64,000 nucleotides of DNA from assembly GCA_965279525.1 (NCBI GenBank), contig CBDIIB010000005.1:1312001-1376000 (forward strand). The letters run 5' to 3'. The position numbers were made by a program, and so were the translations under genes. Origin of the DNA: Tagaea sp. GTDB lineage: Bacteria > Pseudomonadota > Alphaproteobacteria > CACIAM-22H2. The first letter of the stretch is position 1, and the number at the start of each line of letters is the position of its first letter. Under the pieces are notes generated by a model that worked only from the letters and a program-made list of their open reading frames with translations, did no database searches and was not told the origin of the DNA. This document shows, in pieces, positions 21,244 to 30,961 of this stretch.

Positions 21244-22257
21244 ATGGCAAAGCGAATTGCGGTGGTGGGTGCGACCGGCACGATCGGGCGCGAGATCCTT
21301 CAGGAACTCGCCGCGCGCGGCGTGGACGCGGGCGAAGTGGCGGCCCTGGCTTCCGAACGCTCGGTCGGCGTGACGCTTTCCTTCGGCGAGAATGCCGACG
21401 TGAAGACCGACGAACTGGCGACATACGATTTCTCGGGCACCCAGGTCGCGATCTTCTGCACCGCACCCGCCGTCTCGGCCGCCAACGTGCCGCGTGCGGC
21501 CAAGGCGGGCGCCTGGGTCATCGACACGTCGTCGCATTTCCGCATGGATGTCGACGTGCCGCTGATCGTCGCCGGCGTGAACGACGACGCGGCCACGCTG
21601 GCACGCGCCAAGCGGCGCATCGTGTCGGTGCCCGGTGCGTGCGTGACGATGCTCACCCAGGTGCTGGCACCGCTACACCGGGCGGCGACGGCACGGCGCA
21701 TGATCGTCTCGACCTACCAGTGCGTCTCGGAAGCCGGGCGTGCCGCGATGGACGAGTTGTTCAGCCAGACGCGCAACGTCTATGTCAACCAGCCGCTCGA
21801 GCGGGCCAACTTCGCCAAGCAGATCGCGTTCAACGTGATCCCCCAGTGCGGCAGCTTCGAGGCCGACGGGCGGACGACCGAGGAGCGGGCGCTGGCGATG
21901 GAGCCACGCAAGATCCTTGCCGGCGACATCGGCACGATCGCCACGTGCGTACGCGTCCCGTCTTTCGTGGGCCACGGCATCGCGGCGGTCGTCGAGTTCG
22001 TCGAACCGATGGGAATAGCGCAGGCCCGCTCGATGCTGATGCGTACCGACGGGATCGCCGTTACCGACCATCGCGCCGAGGAAGCCTTCGTGACGCCGCT
22101 GGAAACGCAGGGCGAGCAGAAGGTCTATGTCAGCCGCCTTCGCGACGATCCGTCGGTGCCAAACGGCCTCGCCATGTGGATTGCCGCCGACAATCTTCGC
22201 ACTGCCTCGTCGGCGCCGATCGTGGTCCTTGCCCTGGCGCTTGCCGAGCAGGAATGA
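21244..22257 (+). CDS. asd: Aspartate-semialdehyde dehydrogenase homolog, divergent (catalytic Cys position is Ala)
   Basis: VVGATGTIG, LASERSVG, SSHFRM, STYQ, IAFNVIP, TCVRVP, GH, ADNLR; NPNC replaced by VPGA. Confidence 0.8.
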   Translation: MAKRIAVVGATGTIGREILQELAARGVDAGEVAALASERSVGVTLSFGENADVKTDELATYDFSGTQVAIFCTAPAVSAANVPRAAKAGAWVIDTSSHFRMDVDVPLIVAGVNDDAATLARAKRRIVSVPGACVTMLTQVLAPLHRAATARRMIVSTYQCVSEAGRAAMDELFSQTRNVYVNQPLERANFAKQIAFNVIPQCGSFEADGRTTEERALAMEPRKILAGDIGTIATCVRVPSFVGHGIAAVVEFVEPMGIAQARSMLMRTDGIAVTDHRAEEAFVTPLETQGEQKVYVSRLRDDPSVPNGLAMWIAADNLRTASSAPIVVLALALAEQE

Positions 22258-22973
22258 AGGCGCTCGTCGCCCTACTTCTCCTGTTGGCGTCGCCTGCCGG
22301 CGCGCAATCGCCGGCGCTTGCCGAGCTCGACCGGCTCTATGCCACCGGACAATATCGTGAAGTCACCCAGCGCATGTTCGCCGCACGCGACAACGCCGAA
22401 GCGCGCGCGATCCTCGGCTGGGCGCAGGCGCGCGTGCAGTCGGCCGCCCCGCACGTCATCGCGGTCGCCTATGCCGATCTTCTCTGGCAGATCGGCGAAG
22501 GGCAGGGGAGCGACGCATTGCGCGAGGAGTCCGGCCTTGTCCTGATCTATTCGGTCCTGGCCATCGGCGTGGACGGCGCCAAGTGTGCCGACGCGACTGC
22601 CCCTGATGCGCGCGTGCGCCAGATCCTGTCGACGCGACAGGCCTGGCTGGAGTTCGCGCGCGGCCGGCCGGCCGACCGGCGCGCCTACATGCGCAACTCC
22701 GCCGTGGCGCTGGAGCAGTCGACCGCCGCCCGCCGGCCCGAGGATCGCGACATCTGTGCGGCCGGCGACGACGAGATCGCCCGCCAGCTCGCCACACCCG
22801 GCACGGTCGCGCGCGAACAGCCGCTGAAGCCCGGCGAGGCCCGCCGCACGATCGACATCGAGCCGGGGCCGACCTATCGGCCGCGTTTCCTGGGTCCGGA
22901 AAGCTGGCATCCGCGCCAGGCGCAGGTGCGCGCGCGCTTCTGGCGGCTTCTCGACCAGCTGGTTCCGGCCTAA
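22254..22973 (+). CDS. Hypothetical exported protein
   Basis: Signal peptide MKALVALLLLLASPAGA-Q; ATGA overlap with the asd stop. Confidence 0.75.
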   Translation: MKALVALLLLLASPAGAQSPALAELDRLYATGQYREVTQRMFAARDNAEARAILGWAQARVQSAAPHVIAVAYADLLWQIGEGQGSDALREESGLVLIYSVLAIGVDGAKCADATAPDARVRQILSTRQAWLEFARGRPADRRAYMRNSAVALEQSTAARRPEDRDICAAGDDEIARQLATPGTVAREQPLKPGEARRTIDIEPGPTYRPRFLGPESWHPRQAQVRARFWRLLDQLVPA

Positions 22974-23605
22974 AGGATCTTGAAGACCCGCAGCACGGCT
23001 TCGCCGGCGACGGCCGCCGCGAAGACGAGGATGACGATCGCCGCGATCCGGTTGGCCCAGGTGAGCCCGGTCGTCGTGAAGCGGTCGCGGAACAGGCACA
23101 CGGCCTCGACGACGATGAGCCACCACGCCGAAGCGCCGGCCATCACGCCGGCCAGCAGCAGCCAGTCATCCATGCTGATCTGCCCGTCCGCCCGCACGCC
23201 GAAAGCGGCGAAGATCGCAAGGAAAGACAGGACCGTGATCGGGTTGGTCAGCGTCAAGAACAGCGTCGACGTGAAATCGGCGAACAGGCTGGTCGGATCC
23301 TGGCCCGCGGCGATCGTCGGCGCCGGCCGGCGGAGCAGCCGCACGCCCATCACGAGAAGGACGCCGGCGCCGACGAGCGACAGGATCTGGCGCTCCTGCT
23401 CGAGGAACGACTGCAGCATCGAGATGCCGAACGCGGCGATGGCGCCGAAGATCGTGTCGGCGACGGCTGCCCCGAGGCCGGAGGCGAATCCCGCCAGCCG
23501 TCCGTGAACAAGCGTGCGCCGGATCACCAGCACGTTGATCGGCCCGACGGGTGCCGCGATCAGCATGCCGACAATCGCACCCTTGAGGAAGATCCACTCG
23601 AACAT
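22970..23605 (-). CDS. LysE family translocator
   Basis: IAAPVGPIN, GLGAAVAD, LTLTNPIT, WW motif; about 6 hydrophobic segments. Confidence 0.9.
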   Translation of the reverse strand: MFEWIFLKGAIVGMLIAAPVGPINVLVIRRTLVHGRLAGFASGLGAAVADTIFGAIAAFGISMLQSFLEQERQILSLVGAGVLLVMGVRLLRRPAPTIAAGQDPTSLFADFTSTLFLTLTNPITVLSFLAIFAAFGVRADGQISMDDWLLLAGVMAGASAWWLIVVEAVCLFRDRFTTTGLTWANRIAAIVILVFAAAVAGEAVLRVFKIL

Positions 23606-23618
23606 GCAGACGGGTCCC

Positions 23619-24461
23619 TCAGCGCGCCAGGCGTTCGGCCGGGAAAACGGTCGGCGGGGCCGCCAGCGCCTGCTGGCACGCGACGAGGGCAAGATCGATG
23701 GCACCCTTCACGGCCGTCGCGGCGACGACGGCATGCACCGACGATGTCGCCATCGATAGGGCGCCGGCCACGTCGCGCGTGGCGAGATAGCGGGCCAGGA
23801 ACAGGGCGGCGAAGCTGTCACCGGCCCCGAAGGCAGGATGGTCGATCGGCGGGACGCGCACGATGAAGTCGCCGTCGCGATCGCAGGCCAGCGTCCCGAG
23901 CCGGCCGGAATCGGGAACCGACGTGACGATCACGATCCTGTCTGGCGTGCCGCCGGCGCGCAAGGTGTCGGCGGCGGCGCGCACCTCGGCGAGCGTGCCG
24001 GTCGGCCGGCCGGTCAGCAGCCCCAGCTCGAAGACGTTCGGGAACAGGATGTCGGCGAGCGGTGCCAGGGCGCGGATCGCGTCAACCACGTCCGGGCGCA
24101 CGAACACGCGGCCGCGATCGCCCATCACCGGATCGAGCGCATAGAGGCACCCTGTCCGGGCGCTTCGGGCACGCGCCACCGCGTCGGCGACGACCGCCCC
24201 CTGTTCGCCGGCTCCCAGATATCCCGACAGCACGCAGTCGGTTCCCGCGAGCAAGCCGCGCGCGTCGAGCCCCTCGACCAGCCGGGCAAGCTCGCCCGGC
24301 TCGGCCGGTCCGCCGACGAAGCCGCCATGGCCCGGATGGTTGGAGAAGCGCACGGTGTCGAGCCGCACGACGTCGATGCCGAGGCGCTGGAGGCAGAAGA
24401 CTGCCGCCGAATTGCCCACGGCACCGGCGGCGACGGAAGACTGGATCGACAGGACGCGCAT
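23619..24461 (-). CDS. pdxY: Pyridoxal kinase
   Basis: LSIQSSVAAGAVGNSAA, FSNHPG, LSGYLG, DPVMGD, PNVFEL, GAGD. Confidence 0.9.
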   Translation of the reverse strand: MRVLSIQSSVAAGAVGNSAAVFCLQRLGIDVVRLDTVRFSNHPGHGGFVGGPAEPGELARLVEGLDARGLLAGTDCVLSGYLGAGEQGAVVADAVARARSARTGCLYALDPVMGDRGRVFVRPDVVDAIRALAPLADILFPNVFELGLLTGRPTGTLAEVRAAADTLRAGGTPDRIVIVTSVPDSGRLGTLACDRDGDFIVRVPPIDHPAFGAGDSFAALFLARYLATRDVAGALSMATSSVHAVVAATAVKGAIDLALVACQQALAAPPTVFPAERLAR

Positions 24462-24588
24462 GCCGCCCCTCATATCGGGAATCGCCTTTTGGCGATAGGG
24501 CTTCGGGGGCGTTCGCGGCGCCGAATCCCTTGGCAAACCGCCCGGCAGGCTGACAGGATGGGCGGTCCAGGGGAGGCAGTCGAAACGA

Positions 24589-25476
24589 ATGGCCGAATTC
24601 CGTACCGTCGCGCGCCGCTCGGCGCTCTACATTCCGGGCTCGAACACGCGCGCGCTCGAAAAGGCGCGCACGCTCGACGCCGACGTGCTGATTTTCGACC
24701 TCGAGGACGCCGTCCATCCCGACCGCAAGGACGCCGCCCGCGACCAGACGATGGCGGCCCTGCGCCAGGGCGGCTATCGCGCCGAGACGGTCGTACGCAT
24801 CAACCCGCTGTCCGACAAGCTGGGCGCCGCCGATATCAAGGCCGCCGCGCGTTCGGGCTGCCAGGCGGTCCTGCTGCCCAAGGTCGAGAGCGCCAAGGAA
24901 GTGCGCGACGCGGCACTTCGCCTCGCGGCGGCCGGCGCGCCCGAGAACGTCATGCTGTGGGCGATGATCGAGACGCCGCTTGGCGTGCTGCGCGCCCAGG
25001 AAATCGCGCTGTCGAGCCCGCATCTGGGCTGCCTCGTGATGGGGACATCCGATCTCGTCAAGGATCTGCGCGCGCGCCATTCGGAAGCACGCCTGGCGAT
25101 CATGCCGTCGCTCGGCCTGTGCCTGCTGGCCGCGCGCGCGGCCGGCCTGCCGATCCTCGACGGCGTGCATCTCGACCTCAACGACGAGGCCGGCTTTCTG
25201 GCGGCCTGCCGGCAGGGTGCCGACATGGGGTTCGACGGCAAGACGCTGATCCATCCCAAGACGATTGCCGCCTGCAACGCCGCGTTCGGACCGTCGGCCG
25301 ACGACGTCGACTGGTCGCGCAAGGTGATCGCGGCGTTCGAAGTCGCGTCGGCGAAGAAGGAAGGCGTGATCGTCGTCGACGGCAAGCTCGTCGAGCAGCT
25401 CCATGTCGACAGCGCCAAGCGCACCGTCGCGATGGCCGAGGCCATCCTCAAGAAGGGTGCCGCGAAGGTCGCCTGA
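24589..25476 (+). CDS. CitE/HpcH family CoA ester lyase (malyl-CoA lyase/thioesterase-like)
   Basis: RRSALYIPGSN, DLEDAV, LPKVES, MIETP, GFDGKTLIHP. Confidence 0.9.
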   Translation: MAEFRTVARRSALYIPGSNTRALEKARTLDADVLIFDLEDAVHPDRKDAARDQTMAALRQGGYRAETVVRINPLSDKLGAADIKAAARSGCQAVLLPKVESAKEVRDAALRLAAAGAPENVMLWAMIETPLGVLRAQEIALSSPHLGCLVMGTSDLVKDLRARHSEARLAIMPSLGLCLLAARAAGLPILDGVHLDLNDEAGFLAACRQGADMGFDGKTLIHPKTIAACNAAFGPSADDVDWSRKVIAAFEVASAKKEGVIVVDGKLVEQLHVDSAKRTVAMAEAILKKGAAKVA

Positions 25477-25479
25477 CGC

Positions 25480-27003
25480 CTATTTGTCGGCGACGATCTT
25501 GACGCGGCGTCCCGGCGTCAGCGCCTCGCCCGGCTTCAGCCCGTTGTAGATCCGGAACCGGTCCAGATCGAGCCCGTCCTGCGTGGCCATGCGGCGTGCC
25601 ATCGATTCCTGCGTGTCGCCCGCGCGCACCTGGACGATGCGGATGCGCATCGGCTCGGCGCTGCGGGCCTCCGCTTCGGTCAGCGCGCGGAACGAATAGG
25701 TCGCGCGGCGGAATGCCTCGGTGTATTTCCCGGCGACTTGCGTGGGCGCGGCCAGCACCATCCGGTAGAACGTGCCGTCGGGATGGCGGATCACGACCAG
25801 ACGCAGATCGGCCGTGCCGCTCTGCCCGCGAAAGCGAGGCAACGCGCCAGTGGCGGCCTGCATGCCGTTGATCGTGATGCGCTCGACGTTCTGCAATGGC
25901 GCTCCCTTGGCCCAGACGCCGGTCAGATACGCCGACGGATCGGTCCCGGCCCTGGCCGGTGCGGAATCGAGCTTGATCGAAGCGCCCTCGGGCCCGATCG
26001 CGCGCACGGCATCCTCGCCGTTCGCGATGCGGAAGCCGGCCGGCGCCTCGAAGCGGATGCGCAGCTTGGGATGGACGAACGTGTTGGCGCGCGTGAACCC
26101 GGAATCCGCATCGCCGCCGTAAGCCATGCCGTCAATCGCGGCGAGATACTCGTTTTCGCCAAGGCGCGGGTTGGCGGCCACCTTCATGCCTTGGTCGCGC
26201 GCCGTGTCGGTCGCCGCGACGACACGGTCGGCGGTGCGCGGGTGGGACTGCAGGATGCTGAACTGGTCGGCCGCTTCCGCCGGCCGGCCGAGCGCCTTGG
26301 CCTCCAGCGTGGAAGCTTCGCCGAGCTTGGCGAGCATGTCGGCGGCTTCGCGCGGGTCGTAGCCCTCGGCCGCCATGTAGCGCACGCCGAGCTTGTCGGC
26401 CTCGAACTCCTGCTCGCGCGAGAAGCCGGCAAGCCAGACGGCCGACCCGCCTTCGCCGGCCTGCGTGGCGAGGTTGCCCGCATCCGCCGACCCGGTCAGC
26501 ACGGCCACGCCCATGCCCAGGATGCCGGTGAAGATGCTTGCCGCCTGCCCGCGGCTGACGCGCTCGGCCGTGTGGCGCGCGGTGACGTGGCCGATCTCGT
26601 GGCCGACCACCGAGGCGAACTCCGCCTCGTTCGACATCAGCGCCAACAGGCCCCGCGTGACGTAGACATAGCCGCCCGGCAGGGCGAAGGCGTTGTAGAT
26701 GTCGCTGTTGATGACCGTGAAGACGAAGGGCTGCCCGGCGTTCTCGCTGCGCGCCACGAGGGCTTCGCCGAGCTTCTGGACATAGGCCTTGAGCCGGGGA
26801 CTGTCGTAGGCGCCGCCGAACTCGGCCAGCACCTGCGGATGCTGCTCGCGGCCGATCTTGGCCTCTTCCTCGGGCGGGACGAAGGCGGTGAACTGGCTGC
26901 GGCCGGTTGCCGCGTTCTGGGCGCAGGCGGCAAGGCCGATCGCCGCGAACACGCCGACAAAAGCGGCAAAAAGACCAGCACGCAGACGGGGTTTTTCGAT
27001 CAT
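25480..27003 (-). CDS. M48 family zinc metalloprotease lipoprotein with C-terminal LysM-like domain
   Basis: Lipobox LAAC, NAFALPGG, HEIGH, EFEAD, SHP; C-terminal VRAGDT...NGL. Confidence 0.9.
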   Translation of the reverse strand: MIEKPRLRAGLFAAFVGVFAAIGLAACAQNAATGRSQFTAFVPPEEEAKIGREQHPQVLAEFGGAYDSPRLKAYVQKLGEALVARSENAGQPFVFTVINSDIYNAFALPGGYVYVTRGLLALMSNEAEFASVVGHEIGHVTARHTAERVSRGQAASIFTGILGMGVAVLTGSADAGNLATQAGEGGSAVWLAGFSREQEFEADKLGVRYMAAEGYDPREAADMLAKLGEASTLEAKALGRPAEAADQFSILQSHPRTADRVVAATDTARDQGMKVAANPRLGENEYLAAIDGMAYGGDADSGFTRANTFVHPKLRIRFEAPAGFRIANGEDAVRAIGPEGASIKLDSAPARAGTDPSAYLTGVWAKGAPLQNVERITINGMQAATGALPRFRGQSGTADLRLVVIRHPDGTFYRMVLAAPTQVAGKYTEAFRRATYSFRALTEAEARSAEPMRIRIVQVRAGDTQESMARRMATQDGLDLDRFRIYNGLKPGEALTPGRRVKIVADK

Positions 27004-27106
27004 GTCCGGACTCTTGCCCCCGCCGGGCGGGCCGGTCAAGATTCGGAATCTACCCGGTCCCAGCATGCCATTGACGGAACGCCCGGCGTTACGCGATTGT
27101 CCCGTC

Positions 27107-28072
27107 ATGCCCGCCCCCGATGCTGCCCCCCGCACCGACCTTTACCCGCCGATCGAGCCCTACGGCTCGGGCATGTTGACCCTGGACTCCGTCCACCGGA
27201 TGTACTGGGAGCAGAGCGGCAATCCGCGTGGTGCGCCGGTGGTGTTCCTGCACGGCGGTCCGGGTGCCGGCGCCACACCCGCACACCGGCGTTTCTTCGA
27301 TCCGCAGCACTATCGCATCGTGATTTTCGACCAGCGCGGCTCCGGCCGGTCGACGCCGCATGGCGAGACGCGCGACAACACCACGCCCCATCTTGTCGAC
27401 GACATGGAGCGGTTGCGCACCCATCTCGGGATCGACGCGTGGCACGTGTTCGGCGGGTCGTGGGGCTCCACGCTCGCCCTTGCCTATGCGCAGGCGTATC
27501 CGGCCCATGTGCGTTCGCTGGCGCTGCGCGGCATCTTCCTTGGCCGCAAGGTCGAGATCGACTGGTTCCTCTACGGAATCGCGCACGTCTTTCCGGAAGC
27601 CTGGCATGCGTTCTCCAGGTTCCTGCCGGAATCCGAGCGCGGTGACCTGCTTGCCAGCTACTGGCGCCGTCTCGTCGACCCGGACCCGGCCGTCCATCTG
27701 CCGGCCGCACGCGCCTGGAGTGCGTATGAAGGTTCGTGCTCGACCCTGATGCCGAGCCCGGAGACCGTTTCGGCCTTCTCGGAAGACCGCATGGCGCTGG
27801 GCCTCGCGCGCATCGAGGCGCACTATTTCAGGAACGCGATCTTCCTTGGCGAGAACCAGCTGCTCGACGGCGTCGAGCGCGTGCGCCACGTGCCGACGAC
27901 GATCGTGCAGGGGCGCTACGACATGGTGTGCCCGATCCTGACGGCCGACCGGCTGGCCGCGACGTGGCAGGAAGCCCGCTATGTCATCGTCCCCGATGCC
28001 GGCCATTCGGCGATGGAGCCGGGCATCCGCTCGCACCTCGTCGCGGCGATGGAACGCGCCAAGCGCCTCTAG
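27107..28072 (+). CDS. pip: Proline iminopeptidase
   Basis: LHGGPG, FDQRGSGRS, GGSWGSTL, GRYDMVC, AGHS. Confidence 0.95.
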   Translation: MPAPDAAPRTDLYPPIEPYGSGMLTLDSVHRMYWEQSGNPRGAPVVFLHGGPGAGATPAHRRFFDPQHYRIVIFDQRGSGRSTPHGETRDNTTPHLVDDMERLRTHLGIDAWHVFGGSWGSTLALAYAQAYPAHVRSLALRGIFLGRKVEIDWFLYGIAHVFPEAWHAFSRFLPESERGDLLASYWRRLVDPDPAVHLPAARAWSAYEGSCSTLMPSPETVSAFSEDRMALGLARIEAHYFRNAIFLGENQLLDGVERVRHVPTTIVQGRYDMVCPILTADRLAATWQEARYVIVPDAGHSAMEPGIRSHLVAAMERAKRL

Positions 28073-28105
28073 CGCGCCTTTCCGGCGCCAGTCAGGAATC
28101 CCGAG

Positions 28106-29371
28106 ATGGTCTCCGAGCAACACACGGCTGCCGCTGTCCCGCCGGACAGTCCCGATATCCGGCGGCGCGATACCGCCGTCATCGGTTCGATCGGGCTGGC
28201 GCATTCGACCAGCCACATTTTCCAGTATTGCCTGCCGCCGATGTTTCCGCTGCTGCAGGCCGAGTTCGGCATGGGCTTCGCGGCTCTCGGCAGCGTCGTG
28301 GCGGCATTCTTCCTCGCGTCGGGGATCGGCCAGACCTTCGTGGGCGTGGCGGTCGACCGTTGGGGCGGCCGGCGCGTGCTCGCGGCGGGGATGACGGCGC
28401 TGTCGCTGGCGACCGGCGCACTCGCCTTCGTGCCGGCCTTCTGGATGTTCCTGCCGCTTGCGATCGTCGCCGGGCTCGGGAACTCGGTGTTCCATCCGGC
28501 CGATTTCGCGATCCTGGCCACGCGCGTGCACCCCAGCCGCACGGGCCGCGCCTTCTCGATCCACGCCTTCGGCGGAACGCTCGGCTACGTCGTCTCGCCG
28601 CTGCTGCTGTCGCTGCTCGGCTTCACGATCGGCTGGCGGGCGGCTTTGATCGTCGCCGGGCTTTACGGGCTGATGCAGGCGGCGTTCGTGTTCCTCGCCC
28701 GGGATCTGCTGGGCGAAGGTGCCGCATCGGCCGCCGCCGCCAAGGAAGGTATCGGCGAGATCGTCTCGAGCTTCGCGAAGATGTTCGTCATGCCGTCGAT
28801 GCTGGCGGCGTTCGTCTATCTGACGATGACGGCGATGGCCGGTGCGGGCGTGCAGTCTTTCGCGGCCGCCAGCCTTTCCCTGATCCATGCGGTCGATTTC
28901 CGCGTCGCGACGCAGGTGGTGACGGCCTATCTGGTCGGCAACGCGATCGGCATCCTGGCGGGCGGCTTCGTCGCCGACGCGACCGACCGCCACGAACGGG
29001 TCGCCGCGGTAGGCCTGCTGGGCGGCGCCTTCCTGCTCGCGGCGTCGGTCGCCGCGTCGCCGCCCTTCGCGGTGGCGATGGCCCTGTTCGCGCTTGCCGG
29101 GATTTCGGTGGGCATCACGTCGGCCGCGCGCGACATCCTGATCAAGAAGCTGGCACCGCGCGGTGCGACGGGGCGCACGTTCGGCCTCGTCTATTCGGGT
29201 CTCGACATCGGCTCGATGCTCGCCCCGCTCGCCCTCGGCTGGTTCCTCGACCACGGCATGCCGGAAGGGACGATCTACGGCATCGCGCTGGTGCTCGCCT
29301 CGACCGTGCTGGCGCTGCGCTTCGTCAACGGCTACGCGCGCGCGAACACCGCCCGGCCGGTGCAGGCCTGA
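28106..29371 (+). CDS. MFS transporter
   Basis: About 12 hydrophobic segments; VDRWGGRR motif A, GLGNSVFHPA. Confidence 0.9.
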   Translation: MVSEQHTAAAVPPDSPDIRRRDTAVIGSIGLAHSTSHIFQYCLPPMFPLLQAEFGMGFAALGSVVAAFFLASGIGQTFVGVAVDRWGGRRVLAAGMTALSLATGALAFVPAFWMFLPLAIVAGLGNSVFHPADFAILATRVHPSRTGRAFSIHAFGGTLGYVVSPLLLSLLGFTIGWRAALIVAGLYGLMQAAFVFLARDLLGEGAASAAAAKEGIGEIVSSFAKMFVMPSMLAAFVYLTMTAMAGAGVQSFAAASLSLIHAVDFRVATQVVTAYLVGNAIGILAGGFVADATDRHERVAAVGLLGGAFLLAASVAASPPFAVAMALFALAGISVGITSAARDILIKKLAPRGATGRTFGLVYSGLDIGSMLAPLALGWFLDHGMPEGTIYGIALVLASTVLALRFVNGYARANTARPVQA

Positions 29372-29417
29372 GCGCGCTGGCAAGCCCGCCATCGCCCGGC
29401 TATTCTCCCTGAAACGC

Positions 29418-29494
29418 GTCCCCGTAGCTCAGCAGGATAGAGCGGCAGTTTCCTAAACTGTAGGTCGGAGGTTCGATTCCTCTCGGGGACGCCA
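29418..29494 (+). tRNA. tRNA-Arg (anticodon CCT)
   Basis: 77-nt cloverleaf GTCCCCG..CGGGGAC, D-loop AGCAGGATA, anticodon loop TT-CCT-AA, GTTCGATTC, encoded CCA. Confidence 0.97.
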
Positions 29495-29528
29495 ACAACT
29501 TCCAAAAAATCACCTGAAGGAAACCCCG

Positions 29529-30392
29529 ATGACGCCTCCCGAACGCATGCGTGCCCATCTTGCCGAACCCGGTCTCGTCGTCATGCCGGCGGTCTGGGAC
29601 GGGCTCAGCGCCAAGCTCTCCGCGAAAGCCGGCTTCAAGACCGCGTTCCTTTCCGGTTCGTGCGTGGCGGCTAGCCGGCTCGGCGGACCCGATCTCGATC
29701 TCGTGTCGTTCGGCGAGATGTTCGACTCGTTCACCATGGTCCACAACGCGGCGCCGGAAACGCTCGTGCTGGCCGACGGGGATCACGGGTACGGCAACCC
29801 GATGAACGTCCAGCGCACGGTGCGTGCCTATGGCCGTGCCGGTGCCGCCGCGATCCTGATCGAGGACAAGATCACGCCGCGCGCGATGACGGCTGCCGGC
29901 AAGCCCTGCCTGCCGCGCGACGAGGCGCGCATCAAGATCCGCGCGGCGATCGAGGCGGCGAAGGAATCGGGCATCCTCGTCCTCGCGCGGACCGACTGCC
30001 GGCCGACCCAGGGCATCGACGAGGCGGTCGCGCGCATCGAGATGTTCGTCGCCGAAGGTGCCGACATCCTGTTCCTCGATTCCCCGGCCGACGACGCCGA
30101 GATCCGCCGCGCCACGGCGGCGGCGAAGGGCCGGCCGTCCTTCACGGTGCTGTCGCCGGGTGCGGGGCGGGCCTACCCGTCGCAGGCCGATGCGCTTGCC
30201 GCCGGCTACAAGATCGGGACCTATCCCACCGGCATGCTGTCGCCGGCCGTCGCCGGCATGAAAGCCGGACTTGCCGCACTGGTCGCAGGCAAGGCTGAGG
30301 CGGCAAGTGCCCTGCCGGGGGCCGAGCTGCGCGAAACGCTCGGCTATGACGATTACGACCGCGAAGCGAAGCGCATCGCGCCTGGCGGCTGA
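29529..30392 (+). CDS. Isocitrate lyase / PEP mutase superfamily enzyme
   Basis: WDGLSAK, SG, PDL, ADGDHGYG, IED, ARTD; atypical catalytic loop. Confidence 0.9.
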   Translation: MTPPERMRAHLAEPGLVVMPAVWDGLSAKLSAKAGFKTAFLSGSCVAASRLGGPDLDLVSFGEMFDSFTMVHNAAPETLVLADGDHGYGNPMNVQRTVRAYGRAGAAAILIEDKITPRAMTAAGKPCLPRDEARIKIRAAIEAAKESGILVLARTDCRPTQGIDEAVARIEMFVAEGADILFLDSPADDAEIRRATAAAKGRPSFTVLSPGAGRAYPSQADALAAGYKIGTYPTGMLSPAVAGMKAGLAALVAGKAEAASALPGAELRETLGYDDYDREAKRIAPGG

Positions 30393-30402
30393 TCCCGGCG
30401 GT

Positions 30403-30849
30403 CTATTCGCGGCGCAGGAAGTCGACGACCGCAAACAGGATGTCGACTTCCTGCCCGTCGGACGACAGCGGCATGATCAGGTCCTGCACGCGCAGGAAAT
30501 CCTTGTGCGGTCCGACATAGGGCACGTTCGTCAGGATCGGCGTGCGCTCGCGCATCACCGTCTCGAAATTCGACCAGATGATGCTCGGTGCGCGCTGGTG
30601 CGGCACGTCACTCATGCGCAGGCCGGTATAGTAGCGCGTCATGTGCGCGTCGACGGCCGTGCCCATCAGGCGATAGTGGAAGTCGAGCGGTTCGCGCAGG
30701 ACGTCGAGCAGCACGATGTGCGACAGGAACGGGACCATCTCGACGGGATCGATGTCGGCGCGCGCCGGCATCTTCCGTCCGGCCCGCTTCAGGTCCCAAT
30801 ACCGGTAGGCCGATTGCAGCTTTGGCGTCGCCCGATCGAGATCCAGCAT
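30403..30849 (-). CDS. Stand-alone PAS (PAS_5-like) domain protein
   Basis: YWDLKRAGRKMPARADIDP, YRLMGT, LIMPLSSDG; SD GGAGG. Confidence 0.8.
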   Translation of the reverse strand: MLDLDRATPKLQSAYRYWDLKRAGRKMPARADIDPVEMVPFLSHIVLLDVLREPLDFHYRLMGTAVDAHMTRYYTGLRMSDVPHQRAPSIIWSNFETVMRERTPILTNVPYVGPHKDFLRVQDLIMPLSSDGQEVDILFAVVDFLRRE

Positions 30850-30961
30850 GCCCCTCCGGGGGCCCGGCGCGGTTGCCGAAGCTTCGGTTTTCCGAACTGG
30901 AGCATACTGCAATCGATAAATTGCGGCTACTGTCCCGCACGACATACAACTATATGACGTG

